From the NCBI GenBank assembly GCA_038231435.1, contig JBBRLJ010000048.1, positions 1 to 38,480 on the forward strand: 38,480 bases of DNA, in the 5' to 3' direction. The DNA is from Planctomycetota bacterium. GTDB lineage: Bacteria; Planctomycetota; UBA11346. Made by a program: the position numbers and the translations under genes. Every line of letters begins with the position of its first letter. The stretch's first letter is position 1. This document shows positions 1 to 8,879 of this stretch, piece by piece. A model generated the notes under the pieces. The model did not search any database. It worked only from the letters and a program-made list of their open reading frames with translations, and was not told the origin of the DNA.

Positions 1-140
1 AGGAGATATTCGAATACATTGAGGTGTTCTACAATCGCGTTCGGCGGCATTCCTCCATCGGTTACGTCAGCCCGGTGGAATTCGAGCGGCAGCATTCCGC
101 TGTCGCTTAACCATGGGTCCACTGAAACGGGGGAGGATCA
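1..140 (+). mobile_element. Right end of an IS3-family insertion sequence (truncated by the window edge)
   Basis: The transposase C-terminus is followed by GGGTCCACTGAAACGGGGGAGGATCA ending at 140. Its reverse complement TGATCCTCCCCCGTTTCAGTGGAC has the TG..CA end and the shape of IS3-family terminal inverted repeats. Confidence 0.88.
3..110 (+). CDS. IS3-family transposase OrfB, C-terminal fragment (partial)
   Basis: My translation from position 3 is EIFEYIEVFYNRVRRHSSIGYVSPVEFERQHSAVA*, which carries the IS3/rve 'YIE.FYN..R.HS.LGY.SP' signature. It is not in the ORF track because the start lies outside the window. Confidence 0.92.
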   Translation, partial: EIFEYIEVFYNRVRRHSSIGYVSPVEFERQHSAVA

Positions 141-347
141 AGTCGGGCGAGCCGTAGCTGTCTTCCAGCTAATGGACCAGTCCAACCAGGGCGTCGGCGA
201 TCAGAAAGCGCTGCGCGATATGCAGCGACATGCGCACGTGGCGACCAGGAACAATGAGATCGGCATGTGAGGACTCCCGCTTAAAGGTAACGACCGTTAA
301 TAATAAGGGGGAGCCAAGGGCATTTCCACCCGAGGATGCTGAGAATT

Positions 348-377
348 GAGCGGCGGCAGGAATTCCCGCCGCCGCTC
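348..377. terminator. GC-rich hairpin, probable terminator of the fucI-like gene
   Basis: GAGCGGCGGC (348-357) and GCCGCCGCTC (368-377) form a perfect 10-bp inverted repeat about 40 bp past the minus-strand stop. The U-tract is weak. Confidence 0.5.
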
Positions 378-415
378 GATCATCCGCTCGCCCTTGCGAT
401 CATGCAGAGCGATGC

Positions 416-2146
416 TCAGCGTCCCGCGATGCGCAGCTTGGCGTTGGTCTCGCCGCCCGAGATGCGGTAGAGCATCGGTTCCATGCGGTCGACGCCTTCG
501 GTGAAGGCCGGCGTCCCTTCCCAACGGAAGTTCATGATGTTGGTGTAGTCGCTGAAGTACTGCCAGCGGCGGGTCGGCAGGTTGCGCACCATGTGCATGT
601 GGTTCGCCGGGCAGCCGTACTTGGTGATCGAGGCCGGTACCTGCTTGAAGGTGATCCAGGTGTGCGGCCATGAATACGACGACGCATGCGCGAAGGCCTC
701 GGCGATCGGCTGCGGCAGCTCGACCGATTCGGCTTCGCCCTGGATCATGGTGAACATCCCCGTCAGGTCCGAATACGCGAGCCGGCCGGCCTGGCACTCG
801 ATGCCGCCGGGCGAGATGTAGCCGGTCGAGAAACCGCCGCCCGGGAAGTAGTGCTTGAAGACCTCGAACAGGATCGAGTCGTTGCACCAATCGAGCGAGC
901 CCGATCCGGAGTTGTCCATGTCGATCGTGCCGCGCAGCATGTAGGCGGCGCGCGGATCGACGCGGATGCCCAGCTCGTCCGCCTTCTTCTGGATCTCCCA
1001 CGGTTCGTAGACCTTGCGGTAGTCGGCGAACAGCACCGGCTCGCCGCCGGTGAGCGCCGAATAGCACACCATGGTGAGCAGACCCTGGACGTCGTTCTCG
1101 GTGGCGAACGGGATCGCCGACTTCTTGCCGCGGTGGTCGAAGGTCGAGTTGAACAACGCCTCGGCTATGTCCGCGCACGCCATTGGCGTGCCGTGCAGGT
1201 CTGAACCCCACGCCAGCTGCGAGGTCCAGCCGCCGCCGATCGCGTTCATCGACTTCATGTAGTCGCGCAGGATCAGGTACAGCTTCAGTTCCTCATCGAG
1301 CTTGGCCTTCTGCTCGGCGTTCAGCGGCTTGGGCGGATACTTTTTCGGGTCGGTGTAGATCGGCAGCTTTTTCGCGCAGATCTCGTCGAGGTTGCCGTAG
1401 ATCTTGTTCTTCCACTGCACGTCGGTGACCCAGCGGCGCAGCTCCTTGAGCTCGTTCCTGTCGTAGCCGCCGTCCTTGTGGATCATGTCGGCGAACAGCT
1501 TCATCGATTCGCGCACGCTCTCGATGCCCAGGTACTTGCGCGAGGCGTGCACGTGGTTGAGCGCGGTCTCCATCTGCATGGAGTCGGTATCCGAGCAGAC
1601 GATGCGCTTGCCCTTGAGCCAGGCGGCCGCGGTCATCGCCCACACCAGATCGACGATCTCGTCCTGGCTCTTGGCGTCGAACTCGGGGTTCTGGCCCACC
1701 TCGGGCATGTTGCCGATCACCGCGTGGCAGAGGCGGCCGGTCTGCGCATAGGCGCCGACCACCGCGTCGACGCCGACCACGCCCGGCTTCGGCGCGTTGT
1801 TACCGGCGATGCAGCACATCGGCGCGTGCGGGAAGTGCGCGGTCAGGGCGATCGCCGTCTTGCCCGGGTAGAACCAGGTGTCGGGGACGATGCACAGCAC
1901 GTTCACGCCGGCCTTCTTGAATTCGAGCGCCACCGCGTCGGCGTCGCTTTCGCGCTGCACCGGCCGATCGGCCACCACGATGTTGGGCTTCTCGCCACCC
2001 GGCAGCTTGATGCGCTTGAGGATCTTGCCGGTCATAGCCGCGATGTTCTGCGCGCGGGCGCGCGCCGCGTCGTCGATGCGCGGATCGCAGGGCGCGAAGA
2101 TGCCGATGGTGGGGCTGGCGGGGCTCGACTTCTGGACGAAAGCCAT
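416..2146 (-). CDS. fucI: L-fucose isomerase-like protein (FucI/AraA family)
   Basis: 576 aa. Motifs ATENDVQG, FADYRKVY, DNSGS, WPHTW and PANH match FucI ATEND / FADVR / INSGS / WPTTW / GANH, including the Glu, Asp and His metal ligands. The sequence is divergent and the substrate uncertain. Confidence 0.8.
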   Translation of the reverse strand: MAFVQKSSPASPTIGIFAPCDPRIDDAARARAQNIAAMTGKILKRIKLPGGEKPNIVVADRPVQRESDADAVALEFKKAGVNVLCIVPDTWFYPGKTAIALTAHFPHAPMCCIAGNNAPKPGVVGVDAVVGAYAQTGRLCHAVIGNMPEVGQNPEFDAKSQDEIVDLVWAMTAAAWLKGKRIVCSDTDSMQMETALNHVHASRKYLGIESVRESMKLFADMIHKDGGYDRNELKELRRWVTDVQWKNKIYGNLDEICAKKLPIYTDPKKYPPKPLNAEQKAKLDEELKLYLILRDYMKSMNAIGGGWTSQLAWGSDLHGTPMACADIAEALFNSTFDHRGKKSAIPFATENDVQGLLTMVCYSALTGGEPVLFADYRKVYEPWEIQKKADELGIRVDPRAAYMLRGTIDMDNSGSGSLDWCNDSILFEVFKHYFPGGGFSTGYISPGGIECQAGRLAYSDLTGMFTMIQGEAESVELPQPIAEAFAHASSYSWPHTWITFKQVPASITKYGCPANHMHMVRNLPTRRWQYFSDYTNIMNFRWEGTPAFTEGVDRMEPMLYRISGGETNAKLRIAGR

Positions 2147-2344
2147 GGAGGTCCTTCTCTGGTGGACGGTGGTGGAGTCGCGGTGGTTGGCGGGGGTCGG
2201 TGGAAAGGCTAGCCGACGACGGCGACCCTGTCGAGCGCGCGCATGCGTGTCCGGCTACGCGCGGATATATCCGTTTGCGCTCGGCCGTCGGGGAATCCCA
2301 CACCTGACCCCAGGAGCGAGGCCTGGCTCGCTGGCGGTGGCGGA

Positions 2345-2701
2345 TCAGCGCCCGGTCGACCGCGCCAGCCGCCAAGCGAGACGGCTGATGCCGGTGCCGT
2401 GGGCGGCGAGCGCCTCGAGCAGGGCGTGCGCGCGGTGCTGGCGCAATTCGTGCAGCGCCATGCCGTCGACGACCTCGATCGTCAGCACGCCGCCCTGCAT
2501 GCGCAGCGGCTTGACTTTCGCCATCAGCGCCTCGCCCAGCACCTCGCGCAGGGCCGGAGCCACGCGTTGGAAGCGGCGCATGCGCTTGGCTTCCTCGCTG
2601 CCCATGAACGACGACACCACATCGCCGAGCGTCTCGGCGTCGCGGAAGCCATGGCGCACCTGGCGGGCGGCGCGGCGGTCGCGGTCGGGGTCGTTGGGCA
2701 T
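2345..2701 (-). CDS. DUF721/DciA-family protein
   Basis: 118 aa; 'ETLGDVV', 'REVLGEALMAKVKPLRMQGGVLTIEVVDGMALHEL' and the basic C-terminus fit the DUF721 pattern. Confidence 0.72.
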   Translation of the reverse strand: MPNDPDRDRRAARQVRHGFRDAETLGDVVSSFMGSEEAKRMRRFQRVAPALREVLGEALMAKVKPLRMQGGVLTIEVVDGMALHELRQHRAHALLEALAAHGTGISRLAWRLARSTGR

Positions 2702-2892
2702 CGGAGTGTGGTGAGTGGTGTTAGGTGTGTGGTCGGGAGCGGGATGGGCGGTCGCGCGTTCGTGATATCACACGAGGCGTCGCGTTCACGGAGCAATCGT
2801 CGAGGACACCGGTGCAGGGTATTCGGTGTGGGGGAAAGCATGAGCGGCCGCTGCCACGAACACCGCTCTCATCTACACACCATGCACGGCGG

Positions 2893-3675
2893 TCAGCGCC
2901 CCAACGTCTCCAACACCTCCAACACCTCGAGTAGTTCGCCGAGGTGCAATATCTGCGCATCCGGCTTGCAGGCCTCCATGGCCTCAGCCTGGTAGATGCC
3001 TTCGGTGAGGCGCAGACAGGTGCGCATGCCCATGGCCTTCGCGCCCTGGATGTCGCGCAGCGGGTGGTCGCCGACGTGCAGCACCTCGTCGGGTTCGCAG
3101 CGCGTCTGGTCAAGGGCATGGCGGAAGTGGCGGGGGTTGGGTTTGATCCAGCCGACCTCGCAGCTCAGGCTGTAGAAGTCGAGGTAGGGTGCGAGGCCGT
3201 GGCGCGCGAACCAGCCGCGGCACGCGTCGCCGGGCCAGGTGACGTGCGAGAGGATGCCGAGGCGGTAACCGCGCGCCTTGAGCAGGCTCAACGCCGGCAC
3301 GCTCTCTCCGAACGCGGGCACGGTGTCGACGAGCGTGCGCAGGCAGCGGTCGATGGCCTGGCGGACGGCGTGCGGATCGCCATCCATGGCGCCGGCGGCG
3401 GCAACCCAGCCGTCGAGCATGCCGCGGAAATCGAACTCGCGGTGCTCCGGGTTGCGGACCACGTCGATCGACGAGCTCCAGGATTCCTCAAGCTCGCGCA
3501 TCGAGGTCTCGAGCCAATCGCCGGGCACCGCGCAACCGAGCGCCGCGAGATCAGCGCCGAGGCGGCCGAACGCCCGCCGCTGGGTCGCCAGATAGGGCAT
3601 CCCGACGTTCGCCGCCAGGGTATCGCCCCAATCGAAGGTGATGCAGCGGATCGGTCGGCGCCCAGGCGTGCTCAT
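2893..3675 (-). CDS. HAD-superfamily hydrolase
   Basis: Motif I FDWGDTL, motif II LGILS, motif III KP, motif IV HVGDHPLRDIQGAKAMG. Confidence 0.9.
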   Translation of the reverse strand: MSTPGRRPIRCITFDWGDTLAANVGMPYLATQRRAFGRLGADLAALGCAVPGDWLETSMRELEESWSSSIDVVRNPEHREFDFRGMLDGWVAAAGAMDGDPHAVRQAIDRCLRTLVDTVPAFGESVPALSLLKARGYRLGILSHVTWPGDACRGWFARHGLAPYLDFYSLSCEVGWIKPNPRHFRHALDQTRCEPDEVLHVGDHPLRDIQGAKAMGMRTCLRLTEGIYQAEAMEACKPDAQILHLGELLEVLEVLETLGR

Positions 3676-3821
3676 GCGTGAGTTATAGAGGTCCGCCGGC
3701 AGCCGCTACCAGGGTGGCGGGGGGGTGCGCGGCGGTTAAGACATCATGTCCGGTTCACGGGCATGTGGCCGTCAGACCCGGGTCGGCCGCAATCATGGTG
3801 CTTCCAGCCTTGCAGGAGCGT

Positions 3822-4355
3822 ATGTCGGACACGGATGCGGAACTGGTGCGGCGGACGATGGCCGGCGACCGCGCCGCCTTCGAGGCGCTGATCGCCACGC
3901 ACCTGGCCCGCGCCCGGGCGGTGGCGCGCAGCGTGCTGAACGACGATCCCGCGGTCGACGACGTGGTGCAGGAAGGCTTCATGCGCGCCTACAACCGCCT
4001 CGGCCAGCTCGGCGAGCCGGCTACCTTCCCGTCGTGGCTGTGCGTCATCGTGCGAAACGAATCGATCTCGTGGATCCGCCGCAACGCTCGCGCTCGCGCG
4101 GTGACCATCGAGCAGGCGAGCGAACGCGCCCAGCGCGAGCCCGACAGCGAGAACCCGCGTCTGGCGCCGCTGCGCGCCGCGCTGGACAAGCTTCCAGCGA
4201 GCTACCGCGAGATCATCACCCTGAAATACGAGGCCGGCCTGAACTACGAGCAGATCGCCGAGACCCTCGGCACCTCGGTGGCGAACGTCGAGAAGCGGCT
4301 CTACCGCGCGCGCCAACAGCTGCTGTCGCAGATGCCCGACATGGGTGAACAGTAG
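3822..4355 (+). CDS. ECF-family RNA polymerase sigma factor
   Basis: Region 2 'DDVVQEGFMRAY...FPSWLCVIVRN' and region 4 'LNYEQIAETLGTSVANVEKRLYRARQQL'. ATG 3822 follows the RBS CAGGAG. Confidence 0.92.
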   Translation: MSDTDAELVRRTMAGDRAAFEALIATHLARARAVARSVLNDDPAVDDVVQEGFMRAYNRLGQLGEPATFPSWLCVIVRNESISWIRRNARARAVTIEQASERAQREPDSENPRLAPLRAALDKLPASYREIITLKYEAGLNYEQIAETLGTSVANVEKRLYRARQQLLSQMPDMGEQ

Positions 4356-4442
4356 CTCCGGCCTGCGACTACGCCGCGCGCTCCCCGGCCTCGGCGCGAA
4401 GACCGCCGCTCGCCTCGTCGGGTGGTGGCGATAGCGTCAGGC

Positions 4443-5552
4443 ATGCCCCCCGATGAGCTCGACGACATGCGCTGGATGGCGCGGGCGCTGTGCCTCGCAT
4501 CGCTGAGCCTCGGCCGCACCTGGCCGAATCCGGGAGTCGGCTGCGTCATCGTCAAGAAGGGCGTGCTGATCGGCCAAGGCCGGCACGAGGTCTGCGGGCA
4601 GGAGCACGCCGAGGTACGCGCGCTGGCGGACTGTCGCAAGCGCGGCAACGATCCCGCCGGCGCCACCGTCTACGTCACCCTGGCACCGTGCACGCGCACC
4701 GGCAAGCAGCCGCCGTGCGTGAATGCGCTGATCGTGGCCCGCGTCGCGCGCGTGGTGGCGGCGATCGCCGATCCGAACCAGGACGACGCCGCGCGCGAGC
4801 TGCGCTCGCTGCGCATCGACTATGGCGTCGGCTGCCTCGCCGCCCAGGCCGAGCACCTGCATGGCGGTTTCCTCACGCGCATGCGCACGGGCCTCCCGCG
4901 CATCACCGGCAAGTGGGCGATGACCGGCGATGGCTTCATCGCCGCGACCGGTGGTGCCAGTTCGTGGATCTCGAGCCCCGAGGCGTTGGCCTACAGCCGG
5001 CGGCGGCGCCGCGCCTTCGACGCGATCGTGGTCGGATCTGGCACCGCGCGCCGCGACGATCCGCAGCTGCTCGCCGCGGGGGCCCGCCGCCACGGCGAGC
5101 ACGGCTCGCCAACGCGGGTGGTGGTCTCCGCGTCGGCCGAGCTCAAGGCCGGGTCGCGTCTGGGCGACTCGATCGATTCCGCGCCGCTGCTGATGGTGCA
5201 TGGCCAGGGCGTGGCCGAACGCCGGCGCGGAGATCTACGCCGCGCGGGCGTGGCGGTGAAGGCGGTCGAGGACGCGCACGATCCGCTGCAGGTGGCCCGC
5301 GCGCTCGGCGATCTCGGCTTCAATGACGTGCTGGTGGAAGGTGGCGGCCGTCTGCACGGCGCCTGGCTGCGCGCCGGCGCCTACGACCGCCTCGAGCTCT
5401 ACCTCGGCTTCAAGACGTTGGGCGGCGGCACGCCGGTGGCTGACGGCGTGGGCGCCGCCTCGCCGAGCTTCGGACAGGCCTGGAGCCCCGAGATCCCGCC
5501 GGCCATGCGCGGCGACACGGTGTGTCTGCGGCTTCGACGCTCGGCACGCTGA
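4443..5552 (+). CDS. ribD: Bifunctional riboflavin deaminase/reductase RibD
   Basis: PNPGVGCVIV, HAEVRAL and YVTLAPC...PPC (Zn deaminase); DAIVVGSGT, DDPQL and VLVEGGG (reductase). Confidence 0.95.
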   Translation: MPPDELDDMRWMARALCLASLSLGRTWPNPGVGCVIVKKGVLIGQGRHEVCGQEHAEVRALADCRKRGNDPAGATVYVTLAPCTRTGKQPPCVNALIVARVARVVAAIADPNQDDAARELRSLRIDYGVGCLAAQAEHLHGGFLTRMRTGLPRITGKWAMTGDGFIAATGGASSWISSPEALAYSRRRRRAFDAIVVGSGTARRDDPQLLAAGARRHGEHGSPTRVVVSASAELKAGSRLGDSIDSAPLLMVHGQGVAERRRGDLRRAGVAVKAVEDAHDPLQVARALGDLGFNDVLVEGGGRLHGAWLRAGAYDRLELYLGFKTLGGGTPVADGVGAASPSFGQAWSPEIPPAMRGDTVCLRLRRSAR

Positions 5553-5561
5553 CGGGGCTGG

Positions 5562-5624
5562 CAGTCGTCCGTCGTCTTTTGCCTTCAGTCTTCCCTCTTC
5601 CCTCTTCTTCCTCCATCCTTCCCG
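5562..5624. repeat. Degenerate heptamer tandem repeat (about 9 units, consensus near CTTCCNT)
   Basis: cagtcgt ccgtcgt cttttgc cttcagt cttccct cttccct cttcttc ctccatc cttcccg, in the ribD-UbiA intergenic region. Confidence 0.6.
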
Positions 5625-5669
5625 GCTCCTGCCCCTTGGTAATCCCGCCGTCCCGGATATGGATGGGCC

Positions 5670-6659
5670 ATGCTCGACTGGTTGCGCCTGATCAGGGCTT
5701 CCGGCCTGCTGACGATCGCTTCCAACAGCATCGCGGCCGTGCTGGTATGCGCCGGCGACGGTCTCAAGCCGTGGTGGCTGCTCGCGCGGCTCGAGCACGG
5801 GGGGTCGCGACTGCTGTGGGTGCCGCTCGCGAGCTTCATGCTCTTCGCCTGCGGCATGCTCTGGAACGATCTCAACGACATTGATCGCGATCGCGTGCTG
5901 AATCCGCGCCGGCCGTTGCCCTCCGGTCGGGTCGGCCTCGCGGCCGCGTACGTCGTCGGCGTGATCCTGGCGGTGGGCGCGCTGGTCGCCGGCTACATGG
6001 CCGAGGGAAAGACCGGCTTCCACGCCGCGGGCGTGGTGCTGACGCTGATCTTCCTCTACGATTTCGCCGCCAAGGACGTGCCCTACGTCGGCAGCCTGAT
6101 CATGGGACTGGTGCGCGCGAGCCACGCCATCTTCGTGCTGCTGCTGCTCGGACCGGAATACGTGAAAATGGCCTTGCTCAGGGGCGATCCCGAAGGCCTG
6201 CCGTGGCTGCTGGCCTATCCGCTGATCCTAGGACTCTACATCTTCGGACTCACCCTGGTCTCCGAGCTGGAGAGCCGCCGCTCGCACCGCTGGGAATTGC
6301 TGCTCGGTGGATCGATCATCGCGTCGGCCATCGGCCTCGCCGCGGTGCGCGTCGTGTCGGCGCACTGGATCAAGCCGCTGGCCCACATCAGTGGCGTCGG
6401 CCCGGTGGCTGTGGTGGTCGCGCTGGCATTCGCCGTCGGGCTCCTGGTCGCCCTCGTCGCGATGCTGGCCAGGCCCTATCTCGAAGCGCTGCGGACCGGG
6501 AAGCAGGCGCTGGTCGGGGCCACGGTGTTCGCCGGCCTGGGCGGCATCATCCTCCTGGATGCGTTGGTCGCGGCCTCCGCGCATCCGCTCGGCGGCTTGG
6601 TGGTCCTGGCGCTGTTTCCGGTTTTTCGCGGATTCGGCTCGCTCATCCGCATGGATTGA
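5670..6659 (+). CDS. UbiA-family prenyltransferase (EboC-like)
   Basis: Multi-pass membrane protein with the Asp-rich NDLNDIDRDRVLNPRRPLPSGRV motif, plus LYD..AK, MGLVRA and GIILLDA. Confidence 0.85.
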   Translation: MLDWLRLIRASGLLTIASNSIAAVLVCAGDGLKPWWLLARLEHGGSRLLWVPLASFMLFACGMLWNDLNDIDRDRVLNPRRPLPSGRVGLAAAYVVGVILAVGALVAGYMAEGKTGFHAAGVVLTLIFLYDFAAKDVPYVGSLIMGLVRASHAIFVLLLLGPEYVKMALLRGDPEGLPWLLAYPLILGLYIFGLTLVSELESRRSHRWELLLGGSIIASAIGLAAVRVVSAHWIKPLAHISGVGPVAVVVALAFAVGLLVALVAMLARPYLEALRTGKQALVGATVFAGLGGIILLDALVAASAHPLGGLVVLALFPVFRGFGSLIRMD

Positions 6660-6833
6660 GCGCACCTGGCCGCGCGCACCTGACATCCGCGTCAGGGATA
6701 TGCGCGATGTATCCCCTAATCGAATTCAATCGTCGCATCGCTGCGTGTTGCGGCTGTAGTAATTCTCCACGGCTCGCCCGCTCGGGTATCATGCCTTGTC
6801 CGACTTGTCGCGACGGGGGAAACGAGCGCTGCG

Positions 6834-7778
6834 ATGGCCAAGTGCAGAACTACCGGAGCCGTGGCTCGCCGCACCGATCCCTCGACCACGCCGACGGGTC
6901 GCGTCCGTCGGGCGCCGTCGATCGATGCGAGCGCGTACATGCTCGCCTGGCAGCCGCTGCAGCCGCTGTTCGAACAAGAGCAGCGACTCGCAGGATTGAC
7001 GGTCTCGAAACCAGATGCGGGCCGGCTGGATCGCTTGCTCGCCCCTCGCCTGACCCGCATGTCGATCGATGTGCGCGCCTACGCCGAACGATGTTCCTCT
7101 GACCCGCTCGAACGCCTGTCGCTGCTCGATTTCGCCCCGCGCATGGAATCGCGCTGGTTTGCCGACCGCCGGCAGTTCACCGATTTCGAGCAGCGCCTGC
7201 TGCCGATGATCGCCGCGCGCCAGCGGCATACCGCCCGGCCCCGGATCCGCATCTGGTGTGCCGCGTCCGGTACCGGCCAGGAGGCGTACGCCGTCGCGTT
7301 GTGCCTCGCGCGCGCGCTGCCCGCGCGCGAGCGCTGGGATGCGGCGGTGTTGGCTACCGAGGTCTCGCTCGGCGATCTCGCGGCGGGACAGATCGGCCTG
7401 TACGGCGACACCTCCGGCCTCGATACCTCTGAGCAGAAAGCGCTATTCATCCAGAACCGCAAGTCGCCGCGGCTGTGGTCGGTGCGGCCGGAGCTGCGCC
7501 GCCTGGTGCAATTCTCGTGGCTCAATGCGCATGCCGAGTGGCCGTTCACGGGGCCCTTCGACGCCATCTTCTGCGCCGACCTGCTCGGCAGGCTCGAGTC
7601 CATCGCGCGCAGGCGCATCATCGACCGGTTCGCGGAGGCCCTCACTCCGAGCGGAACGCTCTACACCAATCCTGGAGCAGGGGCCTCGGATCTCTCGGAG
7701 CGATTACCGCGCTCGCGTGGGCCGTCGATCCACCAGCTACGCGCGCGCGCGCGCTCCACCGCCAAGGGTCCGCGCTGA
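6834..7778 (+). CDS. CheR-type SAM-methyltransferase-like protein, degenerate
   Basis: IRIWCAASGTGQEAY, VLATEVS, VRPELRRLVQF and GPFDAIFC follow the CheR motif order, but several catalytic positions are altered. Start uncertain. Confidence 0.7.
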   Translation: MAKCRTTGAVARRTDPSTTPTGRVRRAPSIDASAYMLAWQPLQPLFEQEQRLAGLTVSKPDAGRLDRLLAPRLTRMSIDVRAYAERCSSDPLERLSLLDFAPRMESRWFADRRQFTDFEQRLLPMIAARQRHTARPRIRIWCAASGTGQEAYAVALCLARALPARERWDAAVLATEVSLGDLAAGQIGLYGDTSGLDTSEQKALFIQNRKSPRLWSVRPELRRLVQFSWLNAHAEWPFTGPFDAIFCADLLGRLESIARRRIIDRFAEALTPSGTLYTNPGAGASDLSERLPRSRGPSIHQLRARARSTAKGPR

Positions 7779-7784
7779 TGGGGA

Positions 7785-8879
7785 TCAGCGCCGGCGCTTG
7801 GCCGCTAGCTGACGGTAGTAGGCGCGCACCAGATGGTTGTTGGGCGCGAGCATGTAGGCCATGCAGATGGTGCGGTAGACCTCGCCGCGCGTGATCTTCA
7901 CCTTGTGCGATGGATCGAGCAGACGCGGATCGCGCTCGGCGAGCACCAGGGTGCGGATCGCGAAGTACAGCGGCGTCAGGCAGAACAGGCGGATGCGGTA
8001 TTGGCTGCGCGGCAGGGTCGTGCAATAGGCCAGCGCATCGCTGAGGTGGATCCTCGCCTTGGCTATCAGTGCGTTCATGACCATGGCCGCCTCGCGCCGG
8101 CGCGCAGGTTCCGCCAGATCCTCGGGTGAGATGCCGGCGAGCTGGCAGAGCTGCCGCGGCACGAAACTCCAGCCGCGGCTACGGTCGTCGGCCACATCCT
8201 TGATGATGTTGGTCAGCTGAAGCCCCAGGCCGAAGCTGGTTGCGAGCTGCTTGAGCCGAGCGTGGTGCTTCGAGGTGACGCGCGGATGATGCAGCCGGAA
8301 CAGTTCGGTGAGCATGTGCCCGACCGTGCCGGCGACGTAGTAGCAGTATCTGTCCAGCTCGGCGAGGCTGGTCAGAGCGACCAGGCGATCGGGCCTGGCC
8401 TGGGAATGGATGCGCGCGAACTCGGCCATGCCCGAGCACATCTCGCGGACCCATGGCGAGATCGCGCCCTGCTGGGCGCTCGTCAGCTGGCGGAACTGGC
8501 GCAGCACCGCCGCCGCCTCGCGCGCGAGCAGCTCATCGTCGCTGCGCGGCGAGGCGAAGGCAGCACTGAGCTCTGCGGGCATCGGCGAAGCGGGATCGAG
8601 CGAGCGAGCGAACGCGTCGAGCAGGCGCTGCTTCTCGGCCACCGCCAGTTCGACGGTATCCTCGATGGTGTCGGCAATGCGGCACAGCAGATAGGCGATG
8701 AGCACCTGGTGGTCGAGCGGAGGAGGCAGGAGGCGAATGCATGCCGCGAAGGTGCGGGACACCAGCGGCAGCATCTCCGCGCAGAACCGGCGATCGCCGC
8801 TGCCATCGGCGGCAGGCGCCGGCGGGCTCGGACGCTTCGACCGAACGCTCGTCTCGTTGCGCTGGGCCTGCGCGCTCAT
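7785..8879 (-). CDS. Squalene synthase-like (squalene/phytoene synthase family)
   Basis: VSRTF, YLLCRIADTIED, YCYYVAGTVG, GLGLQLTNIIKDVADD and FCLTPLYFAIRTL (compare the FCAIPQ segment of single-enzyme squalene synthases). Confidence 0.88.
   Translation of the reverse strand: MSAQAQRNETSVRSKRPSPPAPAADGSGDRRFCAEMLPLVSRTFAACIRLLPPPLDHQVLIAYLLCRIADTIEDTVELAVAEKQRLLDAFARSLDPASPMPAELSAAFASPRSDDELLAREAAAVLRQFRQLTSAQQGAISPWVREMCSGMAEFARIHSQARPDRLVALTSLAELDRYCYYVAGTVGHMLTELFRLHHPRVTSKHHARLKQLATSFGLGLQLTNIIKDVADDRSRGWSFVPRQLCQLAGISPEDLAEPARRREAAMVMNALIAKARIHLSDALAYCTTLPRSQYRIRLFCLTPLYFAIRTLVLAERDPRLLDPSHKVKITRGEVYRTICMAYMLAPNNHLVRAYYRQLAAKRRR

Noticed and set aside
19..270. 83-aa ORF at the window start
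   Set aside because: It is out of frame with the IS3 transposase tail and crosses the IS end, so it is a chimeric frame.
2762..2771. Palindrome GTGATATCAC upstream of the DciA-like gene
   Set aside because: Single short occurrence with no assignable regulator.
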